The position numbers were made by a program, and so were the translations under genes. A DNA stretch of 64,000 nucleotides from Fimicolochytrium jonesii (lineage: Eukaryota), in NCBI RefSeq assembly GCF_025526975.1, contig NW_026515684.1, positions 186,001 through 250,000 of the forward strand, in the 5' to 3' direction. Under the pieces are notes generated by a model. It saw nothing but the letters and a program-made list of their open reading frames with translations, was not told where the DNA came from and did no database searches. Shown here in pieces: positions 11,501-23,373 of this stretch (its first letter is position 1; the number at the start of each line of letters is the position of its first letter).

Positions 11501-14500
11501 CAGCGTTCGTTGGCACTAAAGAATTCACCAAAAGGTCAGACTTTTGATGCAGAGTCAATCTTGAAAGGCTTCGAGCACCAAACTCACGTAGTCAGTCATA
11601 GATGCCAGAATCTTCAAGTCCATGCTGTCATCCTCGTCACCCATTCCAGAATAGGGCATCTGCTGCTTTAGCTGGCTGATTCGTACTGCAATTTTCCTGA
11701 CGTAATCCCCATCCACCATCGCTTTCATAAGGCGAAGACCGGACTTCCTCGTCAGTCTCATGGGCTCCCAAATAAGGGCTTCCCGTTTGAGCGTATCCGT
11801 CCCCGCGATAGCTTCCAGTTGCGCCTCTGTCACATCCTCCATTGTTTTCACCCCGGACATCGAGCTGATGAGCTCCTGCAAGATATGCAGATCGTGCAGC
11901 TTTTCGTCGCACAGCTGGTTGATTAGATAGCGGAGCATTGGCTCCAAGTCCAGCTGATGTTTTCTGTACGACTGTCCGGTGAACGTTCCTAGCGACTTCA
12001 ACCAATCCGATACATTCAGACCATTCCGTTGCACTTTCGATTTGGGATCTGCCAGAGCCTCGATGAGACAATAGGGCATGATATCAAATTCGAGCTCCGT
12101 CAAGTAGCGAGTGGCGTCTACCACGAAAGGAATCATATTATCATACGCCTCCAGCCGCGTGATGATGTACGAAAAGGCAACAACCGGGTTGGAATGCAAG
12201 ACTTTGCCGATCTGTCGACCAGACTGCTTAGCAGACTCTTTATTCAATCGCCTAAAATCGGTGTGGATGAGAGGATCAGAAAATGATCGACGGTGGACTT
12301 GGAAAAAGGTATACGGTTACTCACGACAGGATGTATTTGCAGTCTCGTTCACAACCTGCTTTCACCAGTTGCATTTCAGGCGTAGTGTTATACACGATGT
12401 TGCCCCATTCGCCATACATGGCAAAACGCTGTTGATAGGGGAAGTGCTTAATGATGTTCCACAGACCGAGAGAGTTCGCAGGGTTCGGTTCCGATCGAGA
12501 AATCGCGGGAAGGATATGGTTGATGATGAGGTTGATCCAGCCCTTGAGCACCCCCTGGAGGTCGACTCCTTCAAAGGGATCATCGACGTGTGAAGGAGCC
12601 GGTATTCCCGAACTGGTATGACGTTCTGCACCATGACCGGGCGTCCCTTCTTTCCTTTCCGACGTTTGTCGTTGGAGAGGCTCGACGATATCCATAGGCT
12701 CCGTTTTCGCGTGCGGTCTTCCAAGCCGCTTTTGAGACTCCGTGATGTGCCTCGCGCCAATTCGGAGAATGGTTGCAAGTAGTAGCGGGTCTCTGTGGAG
12801 ATGCACACCAACGCGCATGAAATAGGATCGGAGATGCTTGATAACCTCTCCGACGTTATTGCATCTTGTCACACTAGCGTGCCAGTTTCGATAGAAGAAG
12901 CGATAGCGCGGTGCGTGTGGTTTGCGACCGTTCGTCACTCTTAGAAATGGTGGGGCTAGCCGCAAAATGATAGTATTCGTACCCGGTCGGAAGTCCTCGG
13001 GAGAGGGCTTAGGTACTTGCCGCGCATGGGCGATTGGGGATGTATCCCAGTCTTGGAGCATTATGCTCAAATGCCGGCAGATCGCATCTGCCAGATCCGG
13101 GTGCAAATGAACCAAATCAGGGAGCTTGTTCAATATCTTGAGTCCATTCGCAGTATCCCCGATCGCCACGAGAGCCGTAGCCAGCTCCGCTTTCTGGTTG
13201 ACCTTAGTCAAAGGCTGTGGCCTCGTGTCCTTGGCTAACGAGGGCAAGCCGGTTGCTTTTGCGGTCGAAACCCGGCCGTCATCTCCTAACGTCCCCGCGA
13301 GTTCAGGCCCTTTGAACCGTCCTGCGGTTCCTCGCTTTTGAAGAACGTGGCGGCAGTGCTGCTCATATAGAGCCGTTAAGCGTTCATCGGTGGGACTCAA
13401 ATGAGGAAACAAATCCTCCAAATTGACCAAGCCGTGCTTGATCAGAACGGCCGCGACAAAGATCAAGGACTCGGGCACGTCTCTGGTACTCGACGAGCCA
13501 TTGTACCAGTCAAACTTGAACCCCAAGATCTGTCCACAGATGCGATTCGGTTTTTGGACCGGTTTCCCGTTCTCCATGGTAATGGTTGGGCCCCATTTGC
13601 TGACCTCGATCAGTCGAACGAAATAATCCCAGTGATCGGAGATGTTTACTGCAAAAGCGTCCAGCGCCACGTCGAGGATTCGGTTCGGATCCAAGTCGAA
13701 CCTCCCCGTCATTTGCGTCATACGCTCATTCATAGCCCATACTTTTTCCTCCACAGCCTCTGTCCTTCGCTGAACCGCCTCCTCCACAGACATGGCCGGT
13801 ACACCGTCCGCGGGCGGATAAGGATCGAAGACATCCGGCAGGGAATCGGCCAGAAGGACCAAAAGGCGGGAGTAGCCTTCTGATTCCTCGCGCAGTAGGT
13901 TGTACTTCTCCTGCAGATAGAGCATCGCTGTTCTCGACCGTACTTCTTTCTTCTGGAGCGGCTCAGCTGCCGCTATCAGACCAGCCTTCTGCTGCGTCCT
14001 ATATTCGAGCCGTTCCCTAGAGATCACATTTGGGATGAAATTTTTGCCCTGCGGAATAGAGAAATACCATAAGCCACGCACGAAGAACCCAGCATTGATC
14101 GTTGTGCACGCACCAATATCTCCTTTATGATGATCTCCAATCTCCGACCTTCTGCCGTCGGTTCCAGCGGTTCCACCGGCTTTCGTGCCGGGAACTCCAA
14201 AACTGCAGGGACAGGGACAGGGGGAGTAAACTGTCGCAAGAATGTGCTATCCAGCCTGAATTCCAGATCCGCTGCGTAGGTCCATAACCCGTCTGCGACA
14301 ATCGACGGCACCAGAAGGGGATCTTCTAAGGAATCCGGCGCGACGTGTCCAGCAGCCATCGATTCGTCTACAGCCCCACTTCGCTTTGTCGTTTCTCGAT
14401 AGAGGCTAGCAAAAAACATAGCCACTGCCCCTGACGTTAACTGCTCGTGCATGCCAGCTCGTATCACCTCCGCAGTCATTAGTCGCAGCTCCTCCAGCAC

Positions 14501-14684
14501 ATCGTCGAAAGGTCGGTCCCCATTGAATAATGCTCGCGCCGTGAGGTAGCTGCACAGGCAAAGCTCAATCGAAGAGATCTTGCAACCCCAGGGAACATGT
14601 GCGCACTTACAATTGTGAACTTCCCCCTTTGTCCCAGTTCCTCAACATGTCCTCCGTGAGGTAGCGGTACTCGCTCGGAGTCAT
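8503..14684 (-). CDS. THO2: THO complex subunit 2, multi-exon
   Basis: LYLQEKYNLLREESEGYSRL; FDLDPNRILDV; QILGFKF; FYVTFWQLSLFDIFVP; YMQIRNAIFIL; charged RD-rich C-terminal tail. Confidence 0.95.
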
Positions 14685-16095
14685 TGCGGCTCCTGCGACG
14701 CTGTGCAGTGTGGGTTTTCTCGAACCGGGACCACGTTTAACTGTGTGCGCCTAGTTCGGCATTCGTAACCAGTATCAACAGGGCCGAGGAGTTGCACGGT
14801 AACCGATTCGTATGCTCCAAAACTCGAGCGTCACAGGCGGGACAGAGGTAACCGGTAGTAAGGGTGGAATATATAGACGCCGAGGTTGCGATGCCGATGG
14901 GAGTAAGGACGAACAGGGGAACAGGAATGTCTGAGCGCACGCCACAAAAACTCATTGGCGCTAGGGTTAGGCTGAGTGTCAAATCAGAACTGACACCATG
15001 TAACCAATGCTGTCGATATCCCGTCGACTTGGGACCCAGCCCTTATCTCCGGATTCTAAACGGCTTTAGACTTGACCGAATAGGAAAGTAACTAGGATGG
15101 ACTAGCATCTTCGGCATTGTTCTGCAAGCCGGTGTGTTGTTTGTCTAGGTCCCTCAGGAGGAAAACTCTCGAGAGGAACACACCCAGAAAAACCTATTTC
15201 TTCAACCTATTAGGAAGGAACTCCCTCCCACACACGAGCTTGCCAAGACGCTAGAATATATATACTGCATCTCTGCGACGACTCACGCGAAACGAAAACC
15301 TCCCACGTCCACGAGTTAGGATCTCTCCCTCGACAAGTCAAATGGCAGCCGCACAAGCAGGCGCTCTCTCGTTCTTGACTGCCACAGGCCCCAACTTCAA
15401 GCCGGCAGCCGACAGACCTGCCCCGCAAGGGCTGGATGTTTACCCAGTCTCCCTGACCGCATCCACCTCCGTTTTATCTCGTACGTTGAGCCATCTCACC
15501 CGCTCCTCCAACAATGGGAGCGGTCTCATCAAAGTCGGGAAGGTTGCCCAAGGCGGTGCGCGGAACAAACTGAGTTTGAAGGATCAGGAAAGACGACACG
15601 ACGGTGTGGACTGGTCGGCCGTGAGGGTGCGGGACGAGTTTCCCACAAGCTTTGCCGTGTGGGCAAGCATGACGTGAGGGACGGGGATCTCAGACAGCGA
15701 CCGATGTACTTTAGTGAGACCTCTTTAGCGTCGCATTCCTCATGCTTTGTTAGTAGTTTCCAAATACCATGAATGGCCTTACACTCGAAGTGCTTGTTAA
15801 GAGTTGAAGTGTTGAAGTGTTGATGAGTTGAGGAGCAACGGCGACGCCGTTCGGTGACAATGCATGAGAAGAGATGGCGACGGCTTGGGCAACCACTAAT
15901 TATGCACTTTACTGGTATCCGGCCATCATGTACAAGCTAGAAGAAAATGGCCATGGTTGATACATGGATAATCATACATGAAATATAACACTCGCAAATA
16001 CATTAAGAGACATGATGGATATACAAAATTGTGACAGAATCGCGCCTCAAATATGTGCTTCGCTTCCAGAGATGAAGTAGACGGCGATGGACAGT

Positions 16096-16795
16096 TCATC
16101 CACCCCGCCACTTCGCCCCAGGGTTCCATGCTCCCGGTTCAAAGGTCTCCCCTTGTCCGACTGGCGCAGTTGAAGGTGCCGTTGGCGGAGGGACTGGCGA
16201 CGCTGGCGATGGCCGTCCTGTGGAAGAGACGTAGAGTCAGCATATATGCTCCTCTGGAGAATAGATGATGGCTACGAACCTGCAGGCAACGAGGCCAACT
16301 TCTCTTGTTCAATCTCGATCTTTCGCTGCTCCCATTTGGCGTCCAGCTCTCGTGCTCTTTGTATCGTCAACAATCTTTGCGCTTCCGCTTGTTGCAACTC
16401 CTATTGACCACCCCAACGAGCACGTCAGCTTCTAGCTCTCTGCAAGCGTCCTTATAGCCGCACACTGAAGCCACACCTCTATCGAAGGCGGTGCGTTCCG
16501 CGTATGCCTCAACCATGCCTGCCACTGTGCGGGAATGAGCTCCGGCTCATATTTGTAATACTCCGTCCTCCCGTCAAAGTATTCTATTATGCGGCGGGTG
16601 CGGTCTGTCCCCGCACGCATTGGCGGACCTTCAAAGTACATGTTCCCCAATAGGTCGCGACCCACCTGAAATGACGGTGCCGTTAGCCAAGATTGGACGG
16701 GAAACATCCAAGGAAGAAAGCAGAGGACTGACCAACTTGTGGGAGCGCCATGGCCAGTTTATGGCTTTCAGTGAAGCTGTAAGACGTCCAAGCAT
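16096..16795 (-). CDS. Complex I NDUFA12-family protein, NDUFAF2 (mimitin)-like assembly factor
   Basis: VGRDLLGNMYFE...RRIIEY...IPAQWQAWLRHTRNAPPSIE; C-terminal GQGETFEPGAWNPG resembles NDUFAF2. Confidence 0.85.
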
Positions 16796-17071
16796 TGCGA
16801 ATAGTTGCGAATGGGCTTCAAATTGACCATGTGTTCCAGCTTTTGGTTCTTCAACGCGCGAGGTTATGCTGGCGGGGAAGTCGACGAGATCAGCAACTTC
16901 CCCTCGCTTCGACCTCAACCCAACGCCCCTTATATTATACATACTGTATATGCGAGAGACAGGATAGCTTTCATCTTCTTTTTCAGAGAAATCCATTCCT
17001 GTAGGAAAAGCCTGGGTTCTTGCAGCGAATACATAACGGTTACAGCAGCCCTCGACAGAAGTCCTCCAGCC

Positions 17072-19218
17072 ATGTCAAATTCGGCATCCTCGCGCGGGAA
17101 TAGTCCCTACTCCACTCCTCGTTCAGGCACTCCGTCGAGCGTAAACCACAACGTAAAGCTCGCCCTCGGCTCTAGTAGACTTGGCCGAAGCCAGCTTGAA
17201 GCAGACTCCGACTCCGACGATGAGAGCCGGACCAATCGACCGGACGAGTTGATCAACGGACTTTCTGGGGCAGGGTTCGTGGGGTCGAAGCGGGGCAAAT
17301 CGCGGGAGCAGATGGTCATCCCGCTTATAAAGCAGAACGAGTGGCGGGGCCGGCCGGATATGGAGCGGACGCCGAGTACGGAAGGGCCGCGGACAACGAC
17401 GAGGACGGTCACCCGGACTACAACGACAGTGACGAGCACGGCTGTTACCGCTGGCCCTGCAGCGTCAACTACCATTTCGCAAACTACGACTGTAACATCC
17501 GAAGGGTTAACGCCGATGGAGATCGCCGGCGATGCATCCCAAATCTCACAGGCAGAAGAGTCACACGGCCCGAAATTTGGTCTTCAAGTCATGAAGAAGC
17601 GGAAAGTGGTCAGAACGACAGACTCAGTCGCTTCTTGTCAGTCAGGTGCATCGACGCCATTGACAGTGGGAGAAGAGGAACCTGCTGCCGCTGTGACGAT
17701 GACAGTGGAAGAGGAGGCCATGGCAGCAGTGTTGAGAGAAGCGCAAGGCATCGAAGCGGAGTGGACGCCGAGCATAACGAGTCTCCCTATTCTGGCGCAA
17801 AACTCCGTGCCCGGCCTAAACGACATCGAAGATGTTACTGAAAAGTACCGATACGACGTCAGTTTGCGACCCGAGGAATCGACGATGGAGGACTACGAGC
17901 GAGTGCCCATCGCAGAGTTCGGCCAGGCCCTCCTTCGCGGAATGGGGTGGGAGAAAGGCAAAGCCGTCGGCAAAAACCCGGACGGCCTTATCGAACCAAT
18001 ATCGTTGAAGTCGCGGCCACATCTTCTCGGGTTAGGCGCGACGCCAGCACCGGAGCTGGAAATCAAGCAGAAGAAGTACATCAAGCCGGGGGAGAAACGA
18101 CGTCCTGACGTAAGTTTCTGTGGCAGGGCGTTTGTGTGTTTACCGTCCTCTCTATAAGCTTTCCAAAAAGAATCTGTTCTTGCATTTTATAGCCGCTTGC
18201 TGAAGCAAAGTTGACACCGTCGGAAGAACTGCCGCGGTCTGCCAGAAGAGAGAAAAGGGAGCGAAGTCCTGATCGTGATGGTTTGTTCTCAGATTCATTC
18301 CCTTGGATATTTGAAAGTTGGACATTGATGACTCATGATCAACGTATACAGTAGCATTGAGAGCTGGCGATGTAGTGCGGATAAACGAAGGACGCTATGA
18401 AGGGCAGCAAGGTGTTATCCAGGAGATCAAATCTCGATCTTCGGGTACCGTCGTCAAAGTGGAGATGGACGGCAGTCGAGATGTAAGCCGGACCTACCCT
18501 GGTGACGTGTTCCCTTCAATAATAGATCGCTAACATGTTCTCATGCAGATCGCAAGATGCTGGCTTCAAGACATTCAACGCATATCACCGTCCTCGAATG
18601 GTCACCGCTCCCAATCGAAATCGCAAAGCGTGTCGCGCGCAAGCTCCGCCGGGTCGTCGTCCGCGCGGTCATGGCTGCGACCGCACGCTTTGGTGGTAAG
18701 CTTGAAGCTCGCGCGTGCCTTTCATAATGGGTAAAATGCCTCAGACGTACGTCTTGTTCCTCAGCGAGTCGTGAGCAAATCCCTTGCCTCTGGCCGGCAC
18801 TACAATCAGAAGGGTGTCATACAAGACGTCTTTACGGCCGGTGAATGTGTCCTTCGACTGAACACCGGGGATATTGTTGAAGGTATGCACTTCCCGTCTT
18901 GCGCTCAATCTTCATTCAAACTCTTAAGTTGCAAACTTAGGCGTCAAGGACCGCCATTTGGAAACCTGCCTTCCCAGCGTGGGCGGCACCGTGATTGTAT
19001 TACAATCATCCGACGGCGAACTCGTGGGACAGCTAGGACGACTAAAGGAGAAAGATTCCGAAAGCGAACGTGCGGTTGTGCAGATGGACCATAGCCTGGA
19101 GTATCATGTAAGACCCACTTACTGCCCTTTAAGTGATCGTTGTGACTGTGGGGCTGATCGCTTCTCTTTCACCGTTTAGACTTTCACATACGATGAGATT
19201 GCCGCTTACATCGAGTAG
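17072..19218 (+). CDS. G-patch + KOW splicing factor (Spp2/GPKOW/MOS2-like)
   Basis: DYERVPIAEFGQALLRGMGWEKGKAVG...RPHLLGLGA (Spp2-type G-patch); later KOW-like exons (GRYEGQQGVI, SWLRP, GRHYNQKGVIQDV, LETCLP). Confidence 0.88.
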
Positions 19219-19485
19219 GAATCGGCTTTCGGGAAGCAATTTGTTGCGGCGGAGTGTCCCCATAGTAGCGTAACCTCAGGGCAACGTTCATGTAATATAT
19301 ATTCCCACTGGTCGTGAAAGTCGTAAATTGCAGTTCCTCCACTCATTCCCGTAAAACATAATTCAACAAGGGAAAGAAAAGAATCGAACTCCGGAATGTA
19401 CAATTATCGTCTTTATTGACAACAAAAACTCCCGCCAAGGATCACAAATATCGCAGGAACAGCCCCTTGATGATTGCGAGCACCC

Positions 19486-20608
19486 TTAATCCCTCTTCAA
19501 TGGGTACTGGCTTTTCTGCACACCATCCTTCGTGACCACAAACATTTCCACCATGTCACCGGTGTAGATATCGCGCTCTGTGGCGGATGTGAAAGCATCT
19601 TTCGTGACTTGTAGGGCCCGTTCGGGGGTCAGTGTTTCCACCACCTTTTGATGGACAAATCCAACCTATTGCGAGAGGAGCGAGAGTTCGAGATTTGTTT
19701 CGTCCGCAGGTAAGTGGAGGCGCTAGCCGAAGGATAGACGCGCGCCTACCTGATTATCCAAGAACGGCTGAATCAGATGTCCCGCAGAACCCGCACAAGC
19801 CCACTTCTGCTTTTGGAAGTTTCCGACTGGATCGTAACTGTACACAGCCCCGTTGCCCTCCTCGTCGATGCCCCCGAGAGTATTCCATACGTAGTAAGGG
19901 AACATGCGTTTGTGGTATAGAATCGTCGACAACATCTGAGCAAGGGCGCCGCTGCTCATTTGTTTGTCATGAGCGTGGCGGTACCACTTTCATTGGCTGG
20001 GAGTGAGAAAAGGAGTTGACGGCAAAAAGAGCCAAGGCGGTTTGCTTTACCTCCAATCGCTGCTCCAGGGTCTTTACAAGTGTGACAGCATCAGCGTACA
20101 TTCCCCCGGTTGCAAGAACGCAGTCGTTGGACCTGACGGCGGTTGATGTCAACAATATGCAAATGAGGAAAGTAGCGACACCCATGCCATATCTCTACTC
20201 ACAGATGGAAGACTTTGGGTACGTATCGACTGTTGATGCTGTAGCCTTCGCTTTGACGCGTATCACCAGCAACCACTACAAAGTCGTCGCCTGCAACCGC
20301 GAGGGTAGTTCTGCAATAATGGTGGCGTTAGTCAGGACTCGTACAATGGAAGCAGGTCCTCCAAGCAAACTCCGACTGTCTCTCTCTCCCAATTCTTCTG
20401 CCCATCCTTCGTGAATGGAATCTTCCCAGGATCATCCACGCCGAACTCCAAATACCCACCCTCCATTATCCGTGTACGGCGAGAATCTGCATTCTACTGG
20501 GGCTTTGACAGGGCTAGCCGATGCGTAATGCTTTGCCTGTCGTTGTTGCGTCCGGTAGATGTTTGAGGAATGGTCGTAGTGCGAGTCGTAGGAGGGGAGA
20601 GAGATCAT
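19486..20608 (-). CDS. PRE7: 20S proteasome subunit beta-6 (PSMB1)
   Basis: [79 protein letters not shown]. Confidence 0.95.
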
Positions 20609-21414
20609 GGTGGGCAGGAATGTACTGGGCGAGACTGTGAAGCGAGTCGCGGACGGATGAGTCGATGCAATTTGGATGCAGGCAGAGGCACTGCAGGTCC
20701 TAGGACTATGGGAACCGGGCTCACAGTTGCTTCCCTGTGGAAACTTACCGTTCAATTCTTTACGAGAGTAGGTAAATCGAAGCAGGCCGAGACTCGGAAA
20801 ACAGTGGTCAAAAAGGCAAGAACGACACCAGCCTGACGAACCACACCCTGACGCGTCTACCACACCCTTCTCCCAGCACCTTTGCGACGTTGGGCTACGT
20901 TGGGGTTTTCAACCTCCTCGAGTTCAATCGCCGCCCCTTGACTCACCCCCCTACTGGCCTACACTTTGCAACCAGCAACTGCTCAACGGATACAGGCAGG
21001 GCAGGGGCTCGCCATCCCGTCGTCGCTGTGGCTCAGTTCAGCCTTATAAAGCATCGTTCTTTCAACGCGTCTCTGGAGCTAGTTATACCGTTTGTATGGC
21101 TCATCTTTTATGTCCTCAGAACTGGCACAAGGCAAGACCACAATAGATAACTTACGATCAAGCCCTGGTCCGCAATATAGGAAATCTGATGCTCTCCAGT
21201 CACAGCTTGCAGCATTTGAGCAACGGAGAATCGCCGTGTCCTCTATCGTCAGTCAAAATTCACTACAATCCCCGTGGAGTTCGGATATCACGCATGGACA
21301 TTGATACCCTGGGGGCAGAGGTATTGCGAGGCAGGAATTCAGGAGATTCGTACTGAGGATTGGCTCGTCGCGCTCAAACGCTTGGGATGGCATATGTGCG
21401 GCGCGTGAATGAAT

Positions 21415-22695
21415 TCAAACCAAAACCCACGACTCGATACGTTCCATCTCCTCAGAAGCTTCCCGTGCAATCTGCCTCGTTTCTGCAGTGATCAGCTCAC
21501 ACTCCGAAACCTCGTAAAACTGCTGCTTCCAAAGCCGCCACCGCGGCTCGCTGAACGCCTCCATATCCTTCTGTGCCTTTGCAACCTCTACGGAATTGGG
21601 GTTTCCTTTGCTTATCTCCCATAGACTATTTCCGGCCAGAAAGATCCATGCAGCAGCTGCGGGCACGTCTAATTCCAACTCGTGTTTGAGGTATCTGGGT
21701 ACCTCTTCATCTTCTGTGTCCTGGTCTTCTGAGTCTTCGCCCCCTTCAGCCTCGGCATCCTCTGCACCGCTGCCCTGTGCGTCGACGCCATCGCCCTCGC
21801 CGCCTTCCGCCTCCCCATCTTCTGGTTCAACATCCTCATCATGTGCGACTTCATAGTGAGCTTCGCCCGACCGAATAGCTTCATTTGAGAAGCTTTGCAA
21901 TGACCCTGTGCAGCGAAAGAACCAGGGTAGATAATCCCAACACCGCGGAATATCTCTCACCAACCGAGCAACGAAAGCATTATGGTTCGCCCAGGAATGT
22001 CGATCCGGCGCTGAAAACGGCGTAGCGCATGGGTTACGCCACGCACTCTGCCATACTTCCAGCCCTGTCGGCTTCAGCAGCAGGAAATCGCTCCATAGCT
22101 CGCCGAATGTGCCGTCCCATATCCAGTTGTCCTTCAGATGGTCGGGTAATGGCGATGGGCGAGCGGGATTGGGTCGTGCGTGCAGAGCTTTGACGAGGGA
22201 GAGGAGGCGATCGTGGCCTGCAGAGTCGTGGCGCCAGGAGGTGCGGTGGGCCATGTGGAAGACAGCATACCACATGGACCAAAGCAACTGTTCACAAGTA
22301 TCTCCAGGCGTATCAGGAGTGTCTCCCACGATGCCATTCGAATAGGCAAATTCGATGCGCGGCGCGATGTTCGTTTCCAGGTCCGTTTTGCCGCTTTGGT
22401 AACGCAGAATAGTCTGATAAAACCCAAACGAATCGTAGTCGTCCCAGAAATAAGCTCCTCTCAGTTTGAAAACGGCGTCTATGAGATCGGCCTCGTCATC
22501 TGGAGGAAACCTCATCATTTCTCGAACGAGTCGCTCTCGGGCGTCGGTCTTCCACCGCTTCGCGACGCTTGGAGGCCATGTTTCCATGACCGTTTTCCAG
22601 TTCAACAATGTCTTTTTGAGGGTCTCGGTTTCGGGTGTGTAGGCCGTGGCCGTAGACGTTGTTTCGACGATGAGATGAGCGTGGTCAATATGCAT
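21415..22695 (-). CDS. DUF3632-family protein, uninterrupted ORF
   Basis: 426-aa ORF: HDRLLSLVKAL...LWSDFLLL...WANHNAFVARL...VPAAAAWIFLAG...RWRLWK, the pattern I recall for fungal DUF3632; internal acidic tract. Confidence 0.75.
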   Translation of the reverse strand: MHIDHAHLIVETTSTATAYTPETETLKKTLLNWKTVMETWPPSVAKRWKTDARERLVREMMRFPPDDEADLIDAVFKLRGAYFWDDYDSFGFYQTILRYQSGKTDLETNIAPRIEFAYSNGIVGDTPDTPGDTCEQLLWSMWYAVFHMAHRTSWRHDSAGHDRLLSLVKALHARPNPARPSPLPDHLKDNWIWDGTFGELWSDFLLLKPTGLEVWQSAWRNPCATPFSAPDRHSWANHNAFVARLVRDIPRCWDYLPWFFRCTGSLQSFSNEAIRSGEAHYEVAHDEDVEPEDGEAEGGEGDGVDAQGSGAEDAEAEGGEDSEDQDTEDEEVPRYLKHELELDVPAAAAWIFLAGNSLWEISKGNPNSVEVAKAQKDMEAFSEPRWRLWKQQFYEVSECELITAETRQIAREASEEMERIESWVLV

Positions 22696-23373
22696 CGAGG
22701 TTTACTTTAAGCCTGTTCTACTCCGAACGACCTCTATATGAAGACCTACATGGCGAGCCAGATGTGGAGAAGTGGCCTTCACAGAGGAGGTGCACTCGGT
22801 CATTTTAAATGCGGCTCTCCCCTCTTTTTTTCCTCCCGTGGCGCCGGCGGCGAAGGTGAGGTGGGTGGTCTTGTGGAACGTGCGGAATGGCGTGTCGGTC
22901 CTGTCGGACTCGTCGGAGTGCCAAATGTGAACAAGCATCGTGCCATTCCCCCCCCTTTGCCCCCCCCCCGAGCCGCGTCCGCGAAGTCCGCGAGCGCGTG
23001 TCATTCCGCATCATCGGAGAGCGACCAACAAAGGATAAACAAGGCGGTCCCTTTGATTAGCAGCTCTGATTGATTCTGATTAGGACCCGCTCCCGAGGAG
23101 AAACCTTCAATCTACATACTGTAAAGCTCTGCATGCCTCCCCACACACGTCAACGGCCCATTTGTCGGTCGGAGTGGTCGGCTGCCTTTCCGGTGCTTTT
23201 GATGCGTTCACTGGCGGCCGTGACTTCATGGGCCTATGGAAATACTGTATCAAATAACTGGCTTCCGTGCTCGTTACACTTGAAAAAGCAGCCCGAACCC
23301 TCGGCGGATATCCTTCAGTTTTCCAGAAACCCCAGCGCCGCCGTATCGCAATTCATCGTCTCCGAACGCAAAA

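Noticed and set aside
16805..17071. N-terminal extension of the 450-aa G-patch ORF
   Set aside because: Starts at TTG and spans the divergent promoter shared with the NDUFAF2-like gene; ATG 17072 is more plausible.
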